This document shows, in pieces, positions 18,964 through 28,456 of a stretch of DNA of 64,000 nt. Positions within the stretch are counted from its first letter, which is position 1; each line of letters begins with the position of its first letter. The notes beneath the pieces are model-generated. The model saw only the letters and a list, made by a program, of their open reading frames with translations. It made no database searches and was not told the DNA's origin. The DNA is from a virus, in IMG/VR virus record IMGVR_UViG_3300010400_000001, positions 1-64,000 of that record. One strand, written 5' to 3'. The position numbers and the translations under genes are program-made.

Positions 18964-19301
18964 CAGCCGATGATCGACGATTGCTCGATGTGCGTGCAGT
19001 AGAGCACGTCCCTCGGAAAGCCTCCCCAGAGGAGCTGGTCTCGACCCGAGATGTACCGCCTCAAGATCAGCATGACGCCGCCCTCTCCGTTCGGTTCGAC
19101 CGAAAGAACGCCCGAGAGCATCGGAGTTGCCTTCACGCCCCCGTCTGCCATCGAGGGGCGGTAGCTGTCGCCCGTGTAGTCCACGCCGATGTACGGCTCC
19201 CGAAGCTGCAGCATCACTGTGCGTTCATGAAAATGCACCCAGCCGGTCTCCGGTACCTCTACCGCTTCACCATCCGGGGCTCGTACCGTGTCGCTCTTCA
19301 T
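18963..19301 (-). CDS. hypothetical protein
   Basis: AAGGAG SD before ATG 19301; overlaps the GT stop. Confidence 0.65.
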   Translation of the reverse strand: MKSDTVRAPDGEAVEVPETGWVHFHERTVMLQLREPYIGVDYTGDSYRPSMADGGVKATPMLSGVLSVEPNGEGGVMLILRRYISGRDQLLWGGFPRDVLYCTHIEQSSIIG

Positions 19302-20401
19302 GTTGACTCCTTTATCATCTGGCGAATTGCCGCCGCGTTCGTCTTTTCCCACGCCCATTTGGCTGCCAGGGCCTCTGCGCTGTTTTCGGCAAGGAGCGCG
19401 AGCGTCTCCCAGCCCTTGTACGCACTAAGGAGCGCCGTCGCGATTGCCCCCTCGCTCACCGTCGGCGCCGTAGCGCCAGGGAAGTCGTCGAGCGGCCCGG
19501 ACGGCCCGTGCTCAACCGCTACGAAGCCCGCGGGCGGGAGCGCCGCATACTCGGAGTGCCCCGTGCACGTCGTCGCGACAACGGGTACGCCGCACGCGAG
19601 GGCCTCTAACGGCACGAGACCGAAACCCTCGGCGCGAGACGGCTGACAGATGACGTGCATGCCGGAGTAGAGCGCCGCAACGTCGACCTGACCGCGGACA
19701 AGGCCTGGGCAGGTGAGGACGTCCCCCGGTGTTAGCTCGAGATCGGCCATCCACCACTTGAGCCGGCTCATGTAGGCAGGGTTCATCATCACGTGGAGCG
19801 TCGCCGCGCGCGGGAGCGCGTGTGATTTTTTGAGCGACTTCCAGGCCTTCAAAAGCGCCTTCGTGCTTTTTCGGTCCGCTTCCGTACTCGTCATGTGGAG
19901 GACGTCGAACCGACCCTTGTCGAACGCTATGCTCGCCGAGGCGCGCGCCGATCGGTCAACGCGGTGAATCGCAGGAGTCACGCCGTGAGGCGCGACGATG
20001 ACGGATTTGCCGGCGAAGCTCTGCGAGAGCACGTCTGCTGCCCACGAACTCGGCGCCAAGAGCCCTCCCGTCAGAAGCCCTTCGGGCAAGATCTTAGACG
20101 GCGCAGTGAGGCTTCTCGCGAACCCGTGCGGCAAGCCCTCGCTGTTCGGAGCGAGAAGAAGCCAGTGCTTCTTGTGCACGCCCGCTCGATGCGCTTGCAT
20201 GAGTCCATTCGGATCGCCGCAATTCAAGGCGACTGGAGCGCCGCCGCCAGGAACGTCCCCAGTCTCTTCCGTGTCGACAGGCCAAAAGCCGTCGAGGACA
20301 CCTTGCGCCGAGAGCGCGCTCCTCATGCCCCTGGTCACCTGCGTGAAGGATGACTCGCCGCGAGCGTAGCCGTAGAGACGAACGCACGACGTCACTCCCA
20401 T
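19298..20401 (-). CDS. GT4 family glycosyltransferase
   Basis: RKS...LL.AW, PSRAEGFGLVPLEALACGVPVV. Confidence 0.9.
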   Translation of the reverse strand: MGVTSCVRLYGYARGESSFTQVTRGMRSALSAQGVLDGFWPVDTEETGDVPGGGAPVALNCGDPNGLMQAHRAGVHKKHWLLLAPNSEGLPHGFARSLTAPSKILPEGLLTGGLLAPSSWAADVLSQSFAGKSVIVAPHGVTPAIHRVDRSARASASIAFDKGRFDVLHMTSTEADRKSTKALLKAWKSLKKSHALPRAATLHVMMNPAYMSRLKWWMADLELTPGDVLTCPGLVRGQVDVAALYSGMHVICQPSRAEGFGLVPLEALACGVPVVATTCTGHSEYAALPPAGFVAVEHGPSGPLDDFPGATAPTVSEGAIATALLSAYKGWETLALLAENSAEALAAKWAWEKTNAAAIRQMIKEST

Positions 20402-20661
20402 GGGAGGATCTTCTTCGCCCGCGCTCGCTGCTCTCGCTGGCGCTCCGGCGATAGACTACTGAATAGGTTCTTGCCGGGCGCCGTCTGAAGCCCGACCCGC
20501 TCGGCTGCGTCTCGGATCCACTCGCACATCTTTTCCGTGAGCGCGCGCCCCTCCTCTTCCCATTCAGTGAAGATCTCTGTCTGCTTTTCCCCGAGACGTT
20601 CCACGTAGGGCGGCTCGAGCAGCGCGGACAGGAGCTCTCGATCAGACAGGAGGCGCGCCAT
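20392..20661 (-). CDS. hypothetical protein
   Basis: TGATG coupling; GAGG SD. Confidence 0.6.
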   Translation of the reverse strand: MARLLSDRELLSALLEPPYVERLGEKQTEIFTEWEEEGRALTEKMCEWIRDAAERVGLQTAPGKNLFSSLSPERQREQRARAKKILPWE

Positions 20662-21152
20662 CAGAGAGTCATCCTCGAAAGCACCTGTTCACAGAGAGCG
20701 ATCGGCTCCAAACCAGCGAGGCGGGAGCGCTCATGAAACGCGGCCGCGAATGCCGCTGCAAAACATCGTGCTGGGTACTTGGCAATGCTTTTTTCGATGA
20801 ACGCCTGCAATTCGCTCATTGCGATCTCTTCGAATTCTGTCCATTCGCTCGTGACGCGAGGGACCACCTTGCGGGCTCGATCGTGAGTGGCGCCCAGCAT
20901 CTCTCGTAGAGAGGTCGCAGCGGACACGATGGGCTTACACAGGAGAACCCAGGCATAAGCGTGGACCAACAAGGCTACTGTGAGTGGCCCCTTCGGTTCG
21001 TCTGCGCCTGCTGCCACTAGCGTGGCTTCGATCCCGGGCAGAGCCTCTCTGAGGTCTCGGCATGCTGGCTCAACGAACGCACGTTCTTTCTGAGGATCGT
21101 CCAACTCCAGAGTTCCACGTGAGCGAGCGGCGCGACGCTCTTTACGATTCAT
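20661..21152 (-). CDS. hypothetical protein
   Basis: MNRKERRA start; ATGA overlap. Confidence 0.6.
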   Translation of the reverse strand: MNRKERRAARSRGTLELDDPQKERAFVEPACRDLREALPGIEATLVAAGADEPKGPLTVALLVHAYAWVLLCKPIVSAATSLREMLGATHDRARKVVPRVTSEWTEFEEIAMSELQAFIEKSIAKYPARCFAAAFAAAFHERSRLAGLEPIALCEQVLSRMTL

Positions 21153-21550
21153 CGTACCCACTCCACGAGCGGCTTTGAATGCTCGTCCTTCCACGGCTGC
21201 ACATGAATGGACGACGTCGTTATACACTCATGGTTCCAAAGCCCTCGGACATCATGGAAGAAGTGCGCATCTACTCGCTCTAGATCGAGCACAGAAAACG
21301 GAAGCACCAGATCCGCCCTGTCCGCTTCGTAACGAACAAACCGCGCGCCTATCTCAATCAACTCGCCCCAGCTCCATGTATGGAGAGGGAAGGCTTGCGT
21401 TCCGTCGTATCCTCTCGGACATTGATCGCAAAACAGGCGGAGCGAAAAAGGGACGTGCAGAAAACTTGGTATCGGAATCCAGATCCTCGCGGCTCCCCAG
21501 TAGTCGGACGGGCGTAACTTGGCACTCACCTGGGTCTCCTTTGATTCCAT
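21149..21550 (-). CDS. hypothetical protein
   Basis: In the minus-strand gene run; start uncertain. Confidence 0.5.
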   Translation of the reverse strand: MESKETQVSAKLRPSDYWGAARIWIPIPSFLHVPFSLRLFCDQCPRGYDGTQAFPLHTWSWGELIEIGARFVRYEADRADLVLPFSVLDLERVDAHFFHDVRGLWNHECITTSSIHVQPWKDEHSKPLVEWVR

Positions 21551-21801
21551 GGTGCCTTGCGCAGGCGCGCCTGTCGCTTTGTATCGATCGCTGGCCAGTG
21601 CCAACACTTCGGGCCGCAGAGATGGCCGCTCATTGCCTCGATCGGATCAGCGCCTGCGCGCACGTTGTCGAAGTACTCTCGTAGCTCATCCAGAAACTCA
21701 CCCACGCTCTTCTGGCGAAGCCTTTTCCAGGCTTCACTCTGGCTCTTTTTTCTAGACCTGACACGATGTTGTTTGCGTTTTTCTGCGCTCACCGTTGCCA
21801 T
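21526..21801 (-). CDS. hypothetical basic protein
   Basis: ATG at 21801 or GTG at 21792; HLCGPKCWHW motif. Confidence 0.55.
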   Translation of the reverse strand: MATVSAEKRKQHRVRSRKKSQSEAWKRLRQKSVGEFLDELREYFDNVRAGADPIEAMSGHLCGPKCWHWPAIDTKRQARLRKAPWNQRRPR

Positions 21802-22083
21802 CCTGTCTCTTTCTCGCCTGTCTCGAACGCGGGGCAACCGAACCCAGGAGGAGTCCAAAACTCCGGGAGGCAACCCTCCCCAGCCGAGATGTCTTCATGA
21901 ACAAAGTCTCGCAATCGGTCGCAGCGCGTTCGCCCTGGAGCTTCCTGCGGCACGTGCTCCAGCGCCGGGACATGCCAGTGTCTGCACTGATCGCAACGCG
22001 CTCGGCTCCGTGTCACATGGATCACGCCTTCGTCTTCGGGCGAACGCTCCTCAATCATTAGGGTGCGTTTCTCTGCGCTCACC
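21774..22083. repeat. 20-bp direct repeat pair (19/20) flanking one ORF
   Basis: tgcgtttttctgcgctcacc at 21774-21793 and tgcgtttctctgcgctcacc at 22064-22083. Confidence 0.75.
21789..22082 (-). CDS. Cys-rich hypothetical protein
   Basis: CDQCRHW...C...FGCPAFE; GTGA overlap with the GT stop. Confidence 0.6.
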   Translation of the reverse strand: MSAEKRTLMIEERSPEDEGVIHVTRSRARCDQCRHWHVPALEHVPQEAPGRTRCDRLRDFVHEDISAGEGCLPEFWTPPGFGCPAFETGEKETGWQR

Positions 22084-23449
22084 CGAACCCTCCTGCCTCG
22101 AGCAGCTCCGCGTGCGACGTGCCGGACAGGCGCGCGATGCTCTCGCTCATTTCTCTGCCAACCGTAGGAAAACCGAAGCGACGGTAAAGATCCGGAGGAT
22201 GCACGCGGCGTCGCGGAGGACTTGCCAGGCGCAGGGCCGCTCGGATTTCGGCAATCGTGCATGTCGCCCACATCGCAGTCGGTTCCCAGCCGTAGCCGGA
22301 ATGAACAGGTTCGAGATCTGGCTTACCGGCGATGAGCTGGTGGAGCGCAATGCGCATATCCTCCTCGCCCGCGTAATCCTCGGCGCCGCCGTAGCCCGTG
22401 TAGACGAGACGATTGCCGGCCGCTCGCGCATCGAAGGCCGGTAGATCCCACGCCTCGCCGTGCGAGCACGTCACGTAGATGTTGTTCAGGCGATGAAGCT
22501 CGAGGAGTTTCTCGTCGCTGAGCTTCTTCGTCGCGATACGGAGCTTTTGCGAATAGTTTTCCTTCGTCCACCCGTTGTCCGCGACTTCCTTCACCGAGAG
22601 CCACCACTCGAGGCTTTGCTCGACGTTCGGATAGTCGCGCCAAGCTCCCCACTCGTGAGTCTTCACGAAGAGAGAGGCGCGCTCGTCCTGCCGAAACTCG
22701 GAAAGGAAGGCGCCAATGAGCGCGTGGTAGTTTTTCCGCGGCTCCCATTTGCCGATCGCGTAGAAGCGCTTGCCGCCGGGCACGCTCTCCGAGCCGCGCG
22801 GCGCCGAAAGCCGGGATGCCCCGACACCCGGATCATACGGACACGGGATGACGTCGACGCGCTTCACGCCCGCCGCTTCGAAGACGCGTTTGTTCATCTG
22901 GCAGGGGACCCAGACGCGGCCGCAGCGATTCAAGACCTCGACGAGCTCAGGGTGTACGGTGCTCCGCTCCCACGACGTGTACACGATCGTCGATCGATAA
23001 ACCGAGAGCTCGTCCTGAAATCCGGACCAACGGGAGCCGAGCGGAGAGACGACTGCTTCCAAAAACTGATGGCTATGCAGAACGACCTGCCGAATGGCGA
23101 CCGGAGCCCGAGCGATCGAAGTTTTTCTGAGGTGATCGATCTCCGCTACGACCGACGGCTCGATGTCGCCCTCGAGCTTCATCTTCGTGATCGGAAGCGA
23201 CCGGAGAGACACCGGAAACCCCGCGTGCGCGAGGGCGCGCGAGGCCGCGCGCGCGTGACGGGCCATCCCGTCCGCTAGCGGCTCCCAACCCGCCTGATAG
23301 ACGATTCCGACCGGAAGGAGCGCATCGGTGCCGGGGGCCACGATCGGGACCGCGAGCTCCGCCTCCGTAGGCTCCGGCGGCTTTCCGTCCCCGTCGAGCA
23401 CCGAACTCGGAGAGCGGTACGAAGCAAGCTGTTCGACGAGCTCCGCCAC
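22079..23449 (-). CDS. GT4-like glycosyltransferase
   Basis: VWVPCQMN..VF, FYAIGKWEPRKN, HGEAWDLPAFDA.AAG. Confidence 0.85.
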   Translation of the reverse strand: MAELVEQLASYRSPSSVLDGDGKPPEPTEAELAVPIVAPGTDALLPVGIVYQAGWEPLADGMARHARAASRALAHAGFPVSLRSLPITKMKLEGDIEPSVVAEIDHLRKTSIARAPVAIRQVVLHSHQFLEAVVSPLGSRWSGFQDELSVYRSTIVYTSWERSTVHPELVEVLNRCGRVWVPCQMNKRVFEAAGVKRVDVIPCPYDPGVGASRLSAPRGSESVPGGKRFYAIGKWEPRKNYHALIGAFLSEFRQDERASLFVKTHEWGAWRDYPNVEQSLEWWLSVKEVADNGWTKENYSQKLRIATKKLSDEKLLELHRLNNIYVTCSHGEAWDLPAFDARAAGNRLVYTGYGGAEDYAGEEDMRIALHQLIAGKPDLEPVHSGYGWEPTAMWATCTIAEIRAALRLASPPRRRVHPPDLYRRFGFPTVGREMSESIARLSGTSHAELLEAGGFG

Positions 23450-23452
23450 TGG

Positions 23453-23671
23453 CTACTGTACCTCCGTGTACGGGACGTCGAGCCGGAGCACCATCTCATC
23501 GGCCGACGTAACCCCGGAAGCGGACGTGACCCTCAAGATGTGCAGGCGCAAGGCCTCAATTGCCGCTCCGCGAGATGCGTGCCCCTTTTCCCTAAAAAGA
23601 GTCCCTGGTACGTCCGCACGCCAGGTTCCATCTACTGCAGACACCACGCGTATTCGAAGAACCCCCCTCAT
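23453..23671 (-). CDS. hypothetical protein
   Basis: TGATG coupling with the upstream gene. Confidence 0.5.
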   Translation of the reverse strand: MRGVLRIRVVSAVDGTWRADVPGTLFREKGHASRGAAIEALRLHILRVTSASGVTSADEMVLRLDVPYTEVQ

Positions 23672-23919
23672 CAGGACTCCACGCGCGGCGGGGTAGACAG
23701 GCGCACTTTCTCTGCCGTACCCCATTGCGCTTTGGCGAGAGCAAGGAAACGCTCTTCTGTAACAGCGCCTGCGTTACCGACGAGCGCCGCGCAAAGAAGA
23801 AGCCCCATGATGACTTCGGCAGTCGCCTCCGTACCTCCCACTAGAGGAATGAGCCGAGTGTGCTCTGCCTTTGCGGCATCGTTAATCCGCAAAAAGGTTT
23901 CGTAGGCCGGATCGTCCAT
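23671..23919 (-). CDS. hypothetical protein
   Basis: GGAG SD; ATG start. Confidence 0.55.
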   Translation of the reverse strand: MDDPAYETFLRINDAAKAEHTRLIPLVGGTEATAEVIMGLLLCAALVGNAGAVTEERFLALAKAQWGTAEKVRLSTPPRVES

Positions 23920-23926
23920 TGCTCCG

Positions 23927-24223
23927 CTACTCCGAGTCCGGGGGATCGTCGCCGTCCTCGACTTCCTCGTCGTCTTCCTCCTGAGCCTCTTCCTCCTCCT
24001 CGTCTTCGTCGCCGCCCTCGTCCTCGTAGAAACCCGCCTCGGTCTTGAGCGTCATGCTGACGATGCCGTCCTTCGCGGTTTCCTTCTGCTCCTGGTACCA
24101 CTTCTCGAACGCCGTCCACCACGCGGGGACCGTGCCCTTCGGGGCACGCTCGCCGTACGCGCTCGCGATCGCCTCCAGGCACTCCGCACGCGTCTCCCAT
24201 TCGAGATGATGAAGCCTAGCCAT
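23927..24223 (-). CDS. hypothetical protein with very acidic tail
   Basis: AAGGA SD; D/E-rich C-terminal third. Confidence 0.65.
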   Translation of the reverse strand: MARLHHLEWETRAECLEAIASAYGERAPKGTVPAWWTAFEKWYQEQKETAKDGIVSMTLKTEAGFYEDEGGDEDEEEEEAQEEDDEEVEDGDDPPDSE

Positions 24224-24392
24224 GTTTCCGTTCCTTTCGCGCTCTCCGTAGCCGATTCCGTTCCTTGGTCGTCTTGTTCGCCAAACGATGGGCTTTCAGG
24301 GTCGCGAGCTCGAGATGCGTCGGGGTGACTTCGCCAGCGAGAATGACGTCGCGGGCCTCGATTCGATCCCCGATGCGCTTCTTGAGACTCAC
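24216..24392 (-). CDS. small basic protein (58 aa, below the ORF-track cutoff)
   Basis: Read directly as GTG SLKKRIGD...KERKHG TAG; fills the gap after groES. Confidence 0.45.
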   Translation of the reverse strand: MSLKKRIGDRIEARDVILAGEVTPTHLELATLKAHRLANKTTKERNRLRRARKERKHG

Positions 24393-24400
24393 CTGTTGAC

Positions 24401-24697
24401 TTAGTCCTCTTCGATGACGCCGAGGATCTCTTCCGAGGTGAGGAACAAGCGCTGCTCGCCCTCCGACTCGAATTCGGAGCCTGAGTACTTTCCGAAGAGA
24501 ACCCGGTCGCCCGTCTTGACCAGTGGCTCCACTCGCCTGCCGCTGTCCAGCACCTTGCCAGGACCGACGGCGATGACCGTGCCGCGGTTTAGTTTTTCCT
24601 TCGCGATGTCCGGAATGACGATGCCGCTCGTCGTAGTATCCGCCGGCGGGTCTCGGTGAACGAGCACGCGGTCATGCATTGGGAGAATCTTCTTCAC
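24401..24697 (-). CDS. groES: co-chaperonin GroES
   Basis: PMHDRVLV, TTSGIVIPD.AKEK, G.VIAVGPG, VKTGDRVLFGKYSG, EEILGVI; GGAGG SD. Confidence 0.95.
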   Translation of the reverse strand: MKKILPMHDRVLVHRDPPADTTTSGIVIPDIAKEKLNRGTVIAVGPGKVLDSGRRVEPLVKTGDRVLFGKYSGSEFESEGEQRLFLTSEEILGVIEED

Positions 24698-25221
24698 TTG
24701 GCTGCCTCCATTGTGGGACTCCATTCGACATCCTTGGTGATCACTTGACGAAGTTCATCGTCGAGGAGCTTATAGAGCCGCCGGAGAGCCGGCCCGGTCT
24801 TCTTCTGCGGCAGAACCGCAAGCTCTTCGCGAAGGCTCCCTGCTTCAAAAAACGAGAGCGTATACGTGAAGTCGCCCGCGTACTGGCTTTGCCGAAGAAG
24901 CGTTCCGATGAGGCCCGCTGCGATATGCTCCGTCAGCGCCGAGGGGTTATCGTCCCAGGTCGCCACTCCGGGGATCGCAAGCAGATGCTCGTCCAGAAAA
25001 CGCTTGAGGTCTGCCCGGCTACGAAACCGCCTCATCCCGTCGCCCTGCCGCTGCGCAATTGCGAAAAGAGGCAGCATACGCACGCGAAACTCGGCGATGA
25101 CGGACTCGAGATGCTGCGGCACCGAGTCCGAGCACCGCTTGACCGCCGAGAGCGCAATCTGACCAGCGAGCGCGCTCAGGCGAATGGCGCTCTCTCCAGA
25201 GCCTTCGGTCTCCCTGCCCAT
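24694..25221 (-). CDS. hypothetical protein
   Basis: ATG at 25221; coupled to its neighbours. Confidence 0.6.
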   Translation of the reverse strand: MGRETEGSGESAIRLSALAGQIALSAVKRCSDSVPQHLESVIAEFRVRMLPLFAIAQRQGDGMRRFRSRADLKRFLDEHLLAIPGVATWDDNPSALTEHIAAGLIGTLLRQSQYAGDFTYTLSFFEAGSLREELAVLPQKKTGPALRRLYKLLDDELRQVITKDVEWSPTMEAAK

Positions 25222-25223
25222 CG

Positions 25224-25817
25224 TCAGACTTCTTCCACCTTGCTGTCTTCCACCTTGACGGCCCACGTGCAGCCGACATTCATGCAGCGCAAGATTTCGT
25301 CGCACCAGATCGTGCCGCAGATCCGCACCTGAAAGGGTTTTCCTTCTGGATCTTCGAGAAGCACTATCGTGCCCTGCTTTCTGACATCGAGCTCCCAGCG
25401 GCGATTGCTCTTTCGCACCATGACCTGGCACGAGTCTGCCGGCTCCCCGCGCTCGAAGCAGCGTGGGCACATCATCGTGAAGAACTCTTCGCCCTCGGGA
25501 GTAATCGCGATCTCTCCGATGCACTGCTGCCGGATCGTCTTGTCTCGCCTGAGGTAGTAGAAGACGACCCGCGGCGCGCCCTTGTCCATCATGCGGAGCG
25601 ACGTCAGATGCGAGCTCACGAAACCATCGGGGGTGAGGGCATCGCCGACTGCAGCGGCGTGCATTTGCTTGTCCTGGTGAGCCCTGCCTAGCTCGGCAGC
25701 GTGCGCACGCTCGGCGCGCTCCCTATCGTACCTGCTCGAGGTCGTTCCCCCCTTCACGATGATTTGGAGGGATGCATCTCCGAGGGTCGACTTAGGATCC
25801 TCTTTCGGGCCGGACAT
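25224..25817 (-). CDS. Cys-containing hypothetical protein
   Basis: CPRC and C...GCTW motifs; first gene of the minus-strand unit. Confidence 0.65.
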   Translation of the reverse strand: MSGPKEDPKSTLGDASLQIIVKGGTTSSRYDRERAERAHAAELGRAHQDKQMHAAAVGDALTPDGFVSSHLTSLRMMDKGAPRVVFYYLRRDKTIRQQCIGEIAITPEGEEFFTMMCPRCFERGEPADSCQVMVRKSNRRWELDVRKQGTIVLLEDPEGKPFQVRICGTIWCDEILRCMNVGCTWAVKVEDSKVEEV

Positions 25818-25823
25818 CTTATA

Positions 25824-25838
25824 GCTAGCACTGCTAGC
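25824..25838. promoter_or_regulatory. palindromic operator-like site GCTAGCACTGCTAGC
   Basis: Lies in a divergent intergenic gap; identical copy at 34426-34440. Confidence 0.65.
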
Positions 25839-25858
25839 CGGTTCTGGTAAAAGAGTCA

Positions 25859-26263
25859 ATGTCTCCCGTGGCAGCAGACGACGAGCGACCGAGAATCATG
25901 GTGGACGAACTCGTAACGTTCCCGACGTCGCTCCGCGTGTTCAAGGCCGGCTCGTGCCATCTGACAACCGACGGTCCCATCGACGCTCTCCATGCATTCG
26001 CGCGAAAGCTCGGCATGAAACGGTCGTGGTTTCAAGATCACCCGCTCGCGCCGCACTACGATCTCACGGCTTCGAAACGCGCGATGGCGTTAGAACTCGG
26101 CGCCGTCTTCGTCCCGGCGCGGCACCAGGCAATCGCACGGCGCAATGCCCGCGCCACTCTCAGTAACTCGCTAGCCGAGCTCGAACGCACAGATCCCAAG
26201 GTGCGCGAGGCTAGCGAGAACTACGACCGGATGGCGCAAAAACTTCTGGGGGACAAGCCATGA
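25859..26263 (+). CDS. DUF4031-domain protein
   Basis: VD...SCHL..D....LHAFA..LG.KR.WFQ.....HYDL. Confidence 0.85.
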   Translation: MSPVAADDERPRIMVDELVTFPTSLRVFKAGSCHLTTDGPIDALHAFARKLGMKRSWFQDHPLAPHYDLTASKRAMALELGAVFVPARHQAIARRNARATLSNSLAELERTDPKVREASENYDRMAQKLLGDKP

Positions 26264-26484
26264 GACGCAAGTGGCCCGGCAGAAGCCCGCTCGGTGCGTT
26301 TCTGCGGTCGATCCTTGACGCCGTCGTATCGGCCCCGCCCATCTCGATCTGTTCACCCTGTAGGCTCAGCACCGACGAGGTTCTCGGCGAGGCCGGAGAC
26401 TTTTCGGTCTGCGCTCGCTGCCAAGAAAGCATCACCAGCGAGACAGGCCTCAGCGTGCGGCCATTGCAAACGGAGGAGCCATGA
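26260..26484 (+). CDS. small CxxC protein
   Basis: CSPC and CARC; ATGA overlaps. Confidence 0.5.
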   Translation: MRRKWPGRSPLGAFLRSILDAVVSAPPISICSPCRLSTDEVLGEAGDFSVCARCQESITSETGLSVRPLQTEEP

Positions 26485-26777
26485 CAGACGCAGCTGACAG
26501 CTGGGAACACCCGGAGACGCTACGCACGGTCGCGCGCGACCGGGCAGCGCACCTGAAAGGGCTAAAGACGCGCTACCTCCTCGAGCTCGACGACGCTCGC
26601 GACACCTACAGGCGAGCAAAGGCGGCGTACGCGGAGGCCGCAGAGGCCGTCGACGAGCTCCGCGCGCTCCTCGCGCCACTCGATGACGAGATCGCTCATC
26701 TCGAAGCCGTCATCGCGACCGAAGCGCCGACGATGGAGATGCTCTTCCGCCTCCCAGAGAAGAAGGCACCAGCGTGA
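26481..26777 (+). CDS. coiled-coil protein
   Basis: GGAGGAG SD; heptad pattern. Confidence 0.6.
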   Translation: MTDAADSWEHPETLRTVARDRAAHLKGLKTRYLLELDDARDTYRRAKAAYAEAAEAVDELRALLAPLDDEIAHLEAVIATEAPTMEMLFRLPEKKAPA

Positions 26778-27229
26778 CAGTACGCTTCGTCCGCGGCTCC
26801 CTGTTCGATTCCGACGCGCAGACGCTCGTGAACCCCGTGAACCGGGTCGGCGTGTCCGGCGCTGGGCTCGCAAAGGAGTTCAAGAAGCGCTACCCGAACA
26901 TGCACCGCGACTATGCGCTCGCCTGCAAAAACAACGCGATGGGGAACCTTCGCATTTCCTGGAGACATCCGCATGACGCGGTGCTTTGTTTCGTCACCAA
27001 GGAGCACTGGCGTGACCCGTCGCGCCTCGAGCTCATCGAAGCAGGACTCGAGGAATTCGTGCGGTCCGAATGGGTACGGAACGCCACGATCACGAGCATC
27101 GCCTTCCCAGCGCTCGGCTGCGGCAACGGCGGGCTCGACTGGATCGACGTGCACCCGCTCATGACGCGGTATCTAGAGAAAGTCGACATCCCAGTGGCAA
27201 TTCACGTACCGATGAGCAGGGCTCAATGA
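26774..27229 (+). CDS. macrodomain ADP-ribosylhydrolase, DarG/TARG1-like
   Basis: GSLF, LVNPVN.VGV.GAGLA..FK.RYP, TKEHW, SIAFPALGCGNGGLDW. Confidence 0.9.
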   Translation: MTVRFVRGSLFDSDAQTLVNPVNRVGVSGAGLAKEFKKRYPNMHRDYALACKNNAMGNLRISWRHPHDAVLCFVTKEHWRDPSRLELIEAGLEEFVRSEWVRNATITSIAFPALGCGNGGLDWIDVHPLMTRYLEKVDIPVAIHVPMSRAQ

Positions 27230-27429
27230 ACACGGAGCTCGCCGAGCGCGTCCTCTTGTTTCTCGTAACGGATGGCAGAGCGATGCGCACGCTCTCGACG
27301 AAGGAGCTCGACAATGGACAGTTCGAGGCAGTAGCCGCCGCTGGCTGGACCGTTGTACATGCTCAGGGGAAAACGAAGGACGAGGCCATCGCCCAAGCGC
27401 TAGACCATTACACCGCGGTATGCAGATGA
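27226..27429 (+). CDS. hypothetical protein
   Basis: ATGA overlaps. Confidence 0.5.
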   Translation: MNTELAERVLLFLVTDGRAMRTLSTKELDNGQFEAVAAAGWTVVHAQGKTKDEAIAQALDHYTAVCR

Positions 27430-27634
27430 CGACCATTGCGACAGCAGCTTGTCCGGTGCCCCGATGCCGGTGGCATCCTCGGCGCAAGGCGCGCGTGATT
27501 GGTCTCGAGTCGCGCCTGGGTTACTGCGCCGAGTGTTGGCCTCCTGAAAAGGAACTCCCCCCGCGACTGCAATCGCCCTTCGACGCCACGCTGTGGCTCG
27601 CCAGCTGAGTCCCCGCACGAAAGGAATCGTCCTG

Positions 27635-27961
27635 ATGAACGAAAGTGTCATGACCGGCAAGGCGCTCGCCTGGAGCACGAGCGAGTACGTGCGCCTCCTC
27701 CCCGGAGATCTGCTACCGACTCCTGCGCCTACGGACGCCCAACGATTGCGAGTCGCAGCGGCACTAGCGACGCTCATCCGCGACGAGCGCATGCTCGGTA
27801 AAGAGCCGTCGGGGCCCAACGCGGAAACCATCCGAGCAGTCCTCACCATGGATGCCGAATCGTGGGCGCGCGACATCGGCTCAATCGCTCGCGTTGTGCA
27901 CGCCTACGATCCAGTGGAGCCCAGAACGCGCTTCGAGCAGATTTGCGCGGCCTACCGATGA
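27635..27961 (+). CDS. hypothetical protein
   Basis: AAGGA SD before ATG 27635. Confidence 0.55.
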   Translation: MNESVMTGKALAWSTSEYVRLLPGDLLPTPAPTDAQRLRVAAALATLIRDERMLGKEPSGPNAETIRAVLTMDAESWARDIGSIARVVHAYDPVEPRTRFEQICAAYR

Positions 27962-28443
27962 ACTGCTCGCACTGCGGCGGTTCCGCTCACTCGCACGAGC
28001 TCGAGAGGTTTTTCAAACTGCCCGACGTGCTCTTTGCCCTCTCGGAACAGAGCGCCCGAGAGCGGGCCGTGCTGACGGCCGACTGCTGCACGCTCGACAG
28101 GAACCGTTTTTTCCTTCGCGGCGTGCTGTATCTGCCGGTGCCAGAGGCCGAGCGCAAATTCGGCATCGGCTTTTGGGCAGAGACATCAGACGTCGCCTTC
28201 CGCTGGTACGTGAGCCGATTCGATCAAGATCTGACCGGGCAGGAGCCCGGATTCGGCACGCTCGCAAACTCGTTTCAGCGGCCTGGCTACGGGCCGACGC
28301 TCGGGCTCAAGGTGAAGATCCATTGGGGGACGGCCAGTGAGAGGCCGACCTTCGTCGTCGACGAAGCGCACGCCCTCCGGAGCGAGCAGACGGACGGGAT
28401 CACCATGAAGCGCGTTCACGAACTTCTCGCTTTGCCGAATTGA
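27958..28443 (+). CDS. DUF2199-domain protein
   Basis: CSHCG..H, FFLRG.L.LPV, G.W..S, G.LAN, RP.F....H.L..EQ..GIT. Confidence 0.8.
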   Translation: MNCSHCGGSAHSHELERFFKLPDVLFALSEQSARERAVLTADCCTLDRNRFFLRGVLYLPVPEAERKFGIGFWAETSDVAFRWYVSRFDQDLTGQEPGFGTLANSFQRPGYGPTLGLKVKIHWGTASERPTFVVDEAHALRSEQTDGITMKRVHELLALPN

Positions 28444-28456
28444 AGGAGCACGCCCC

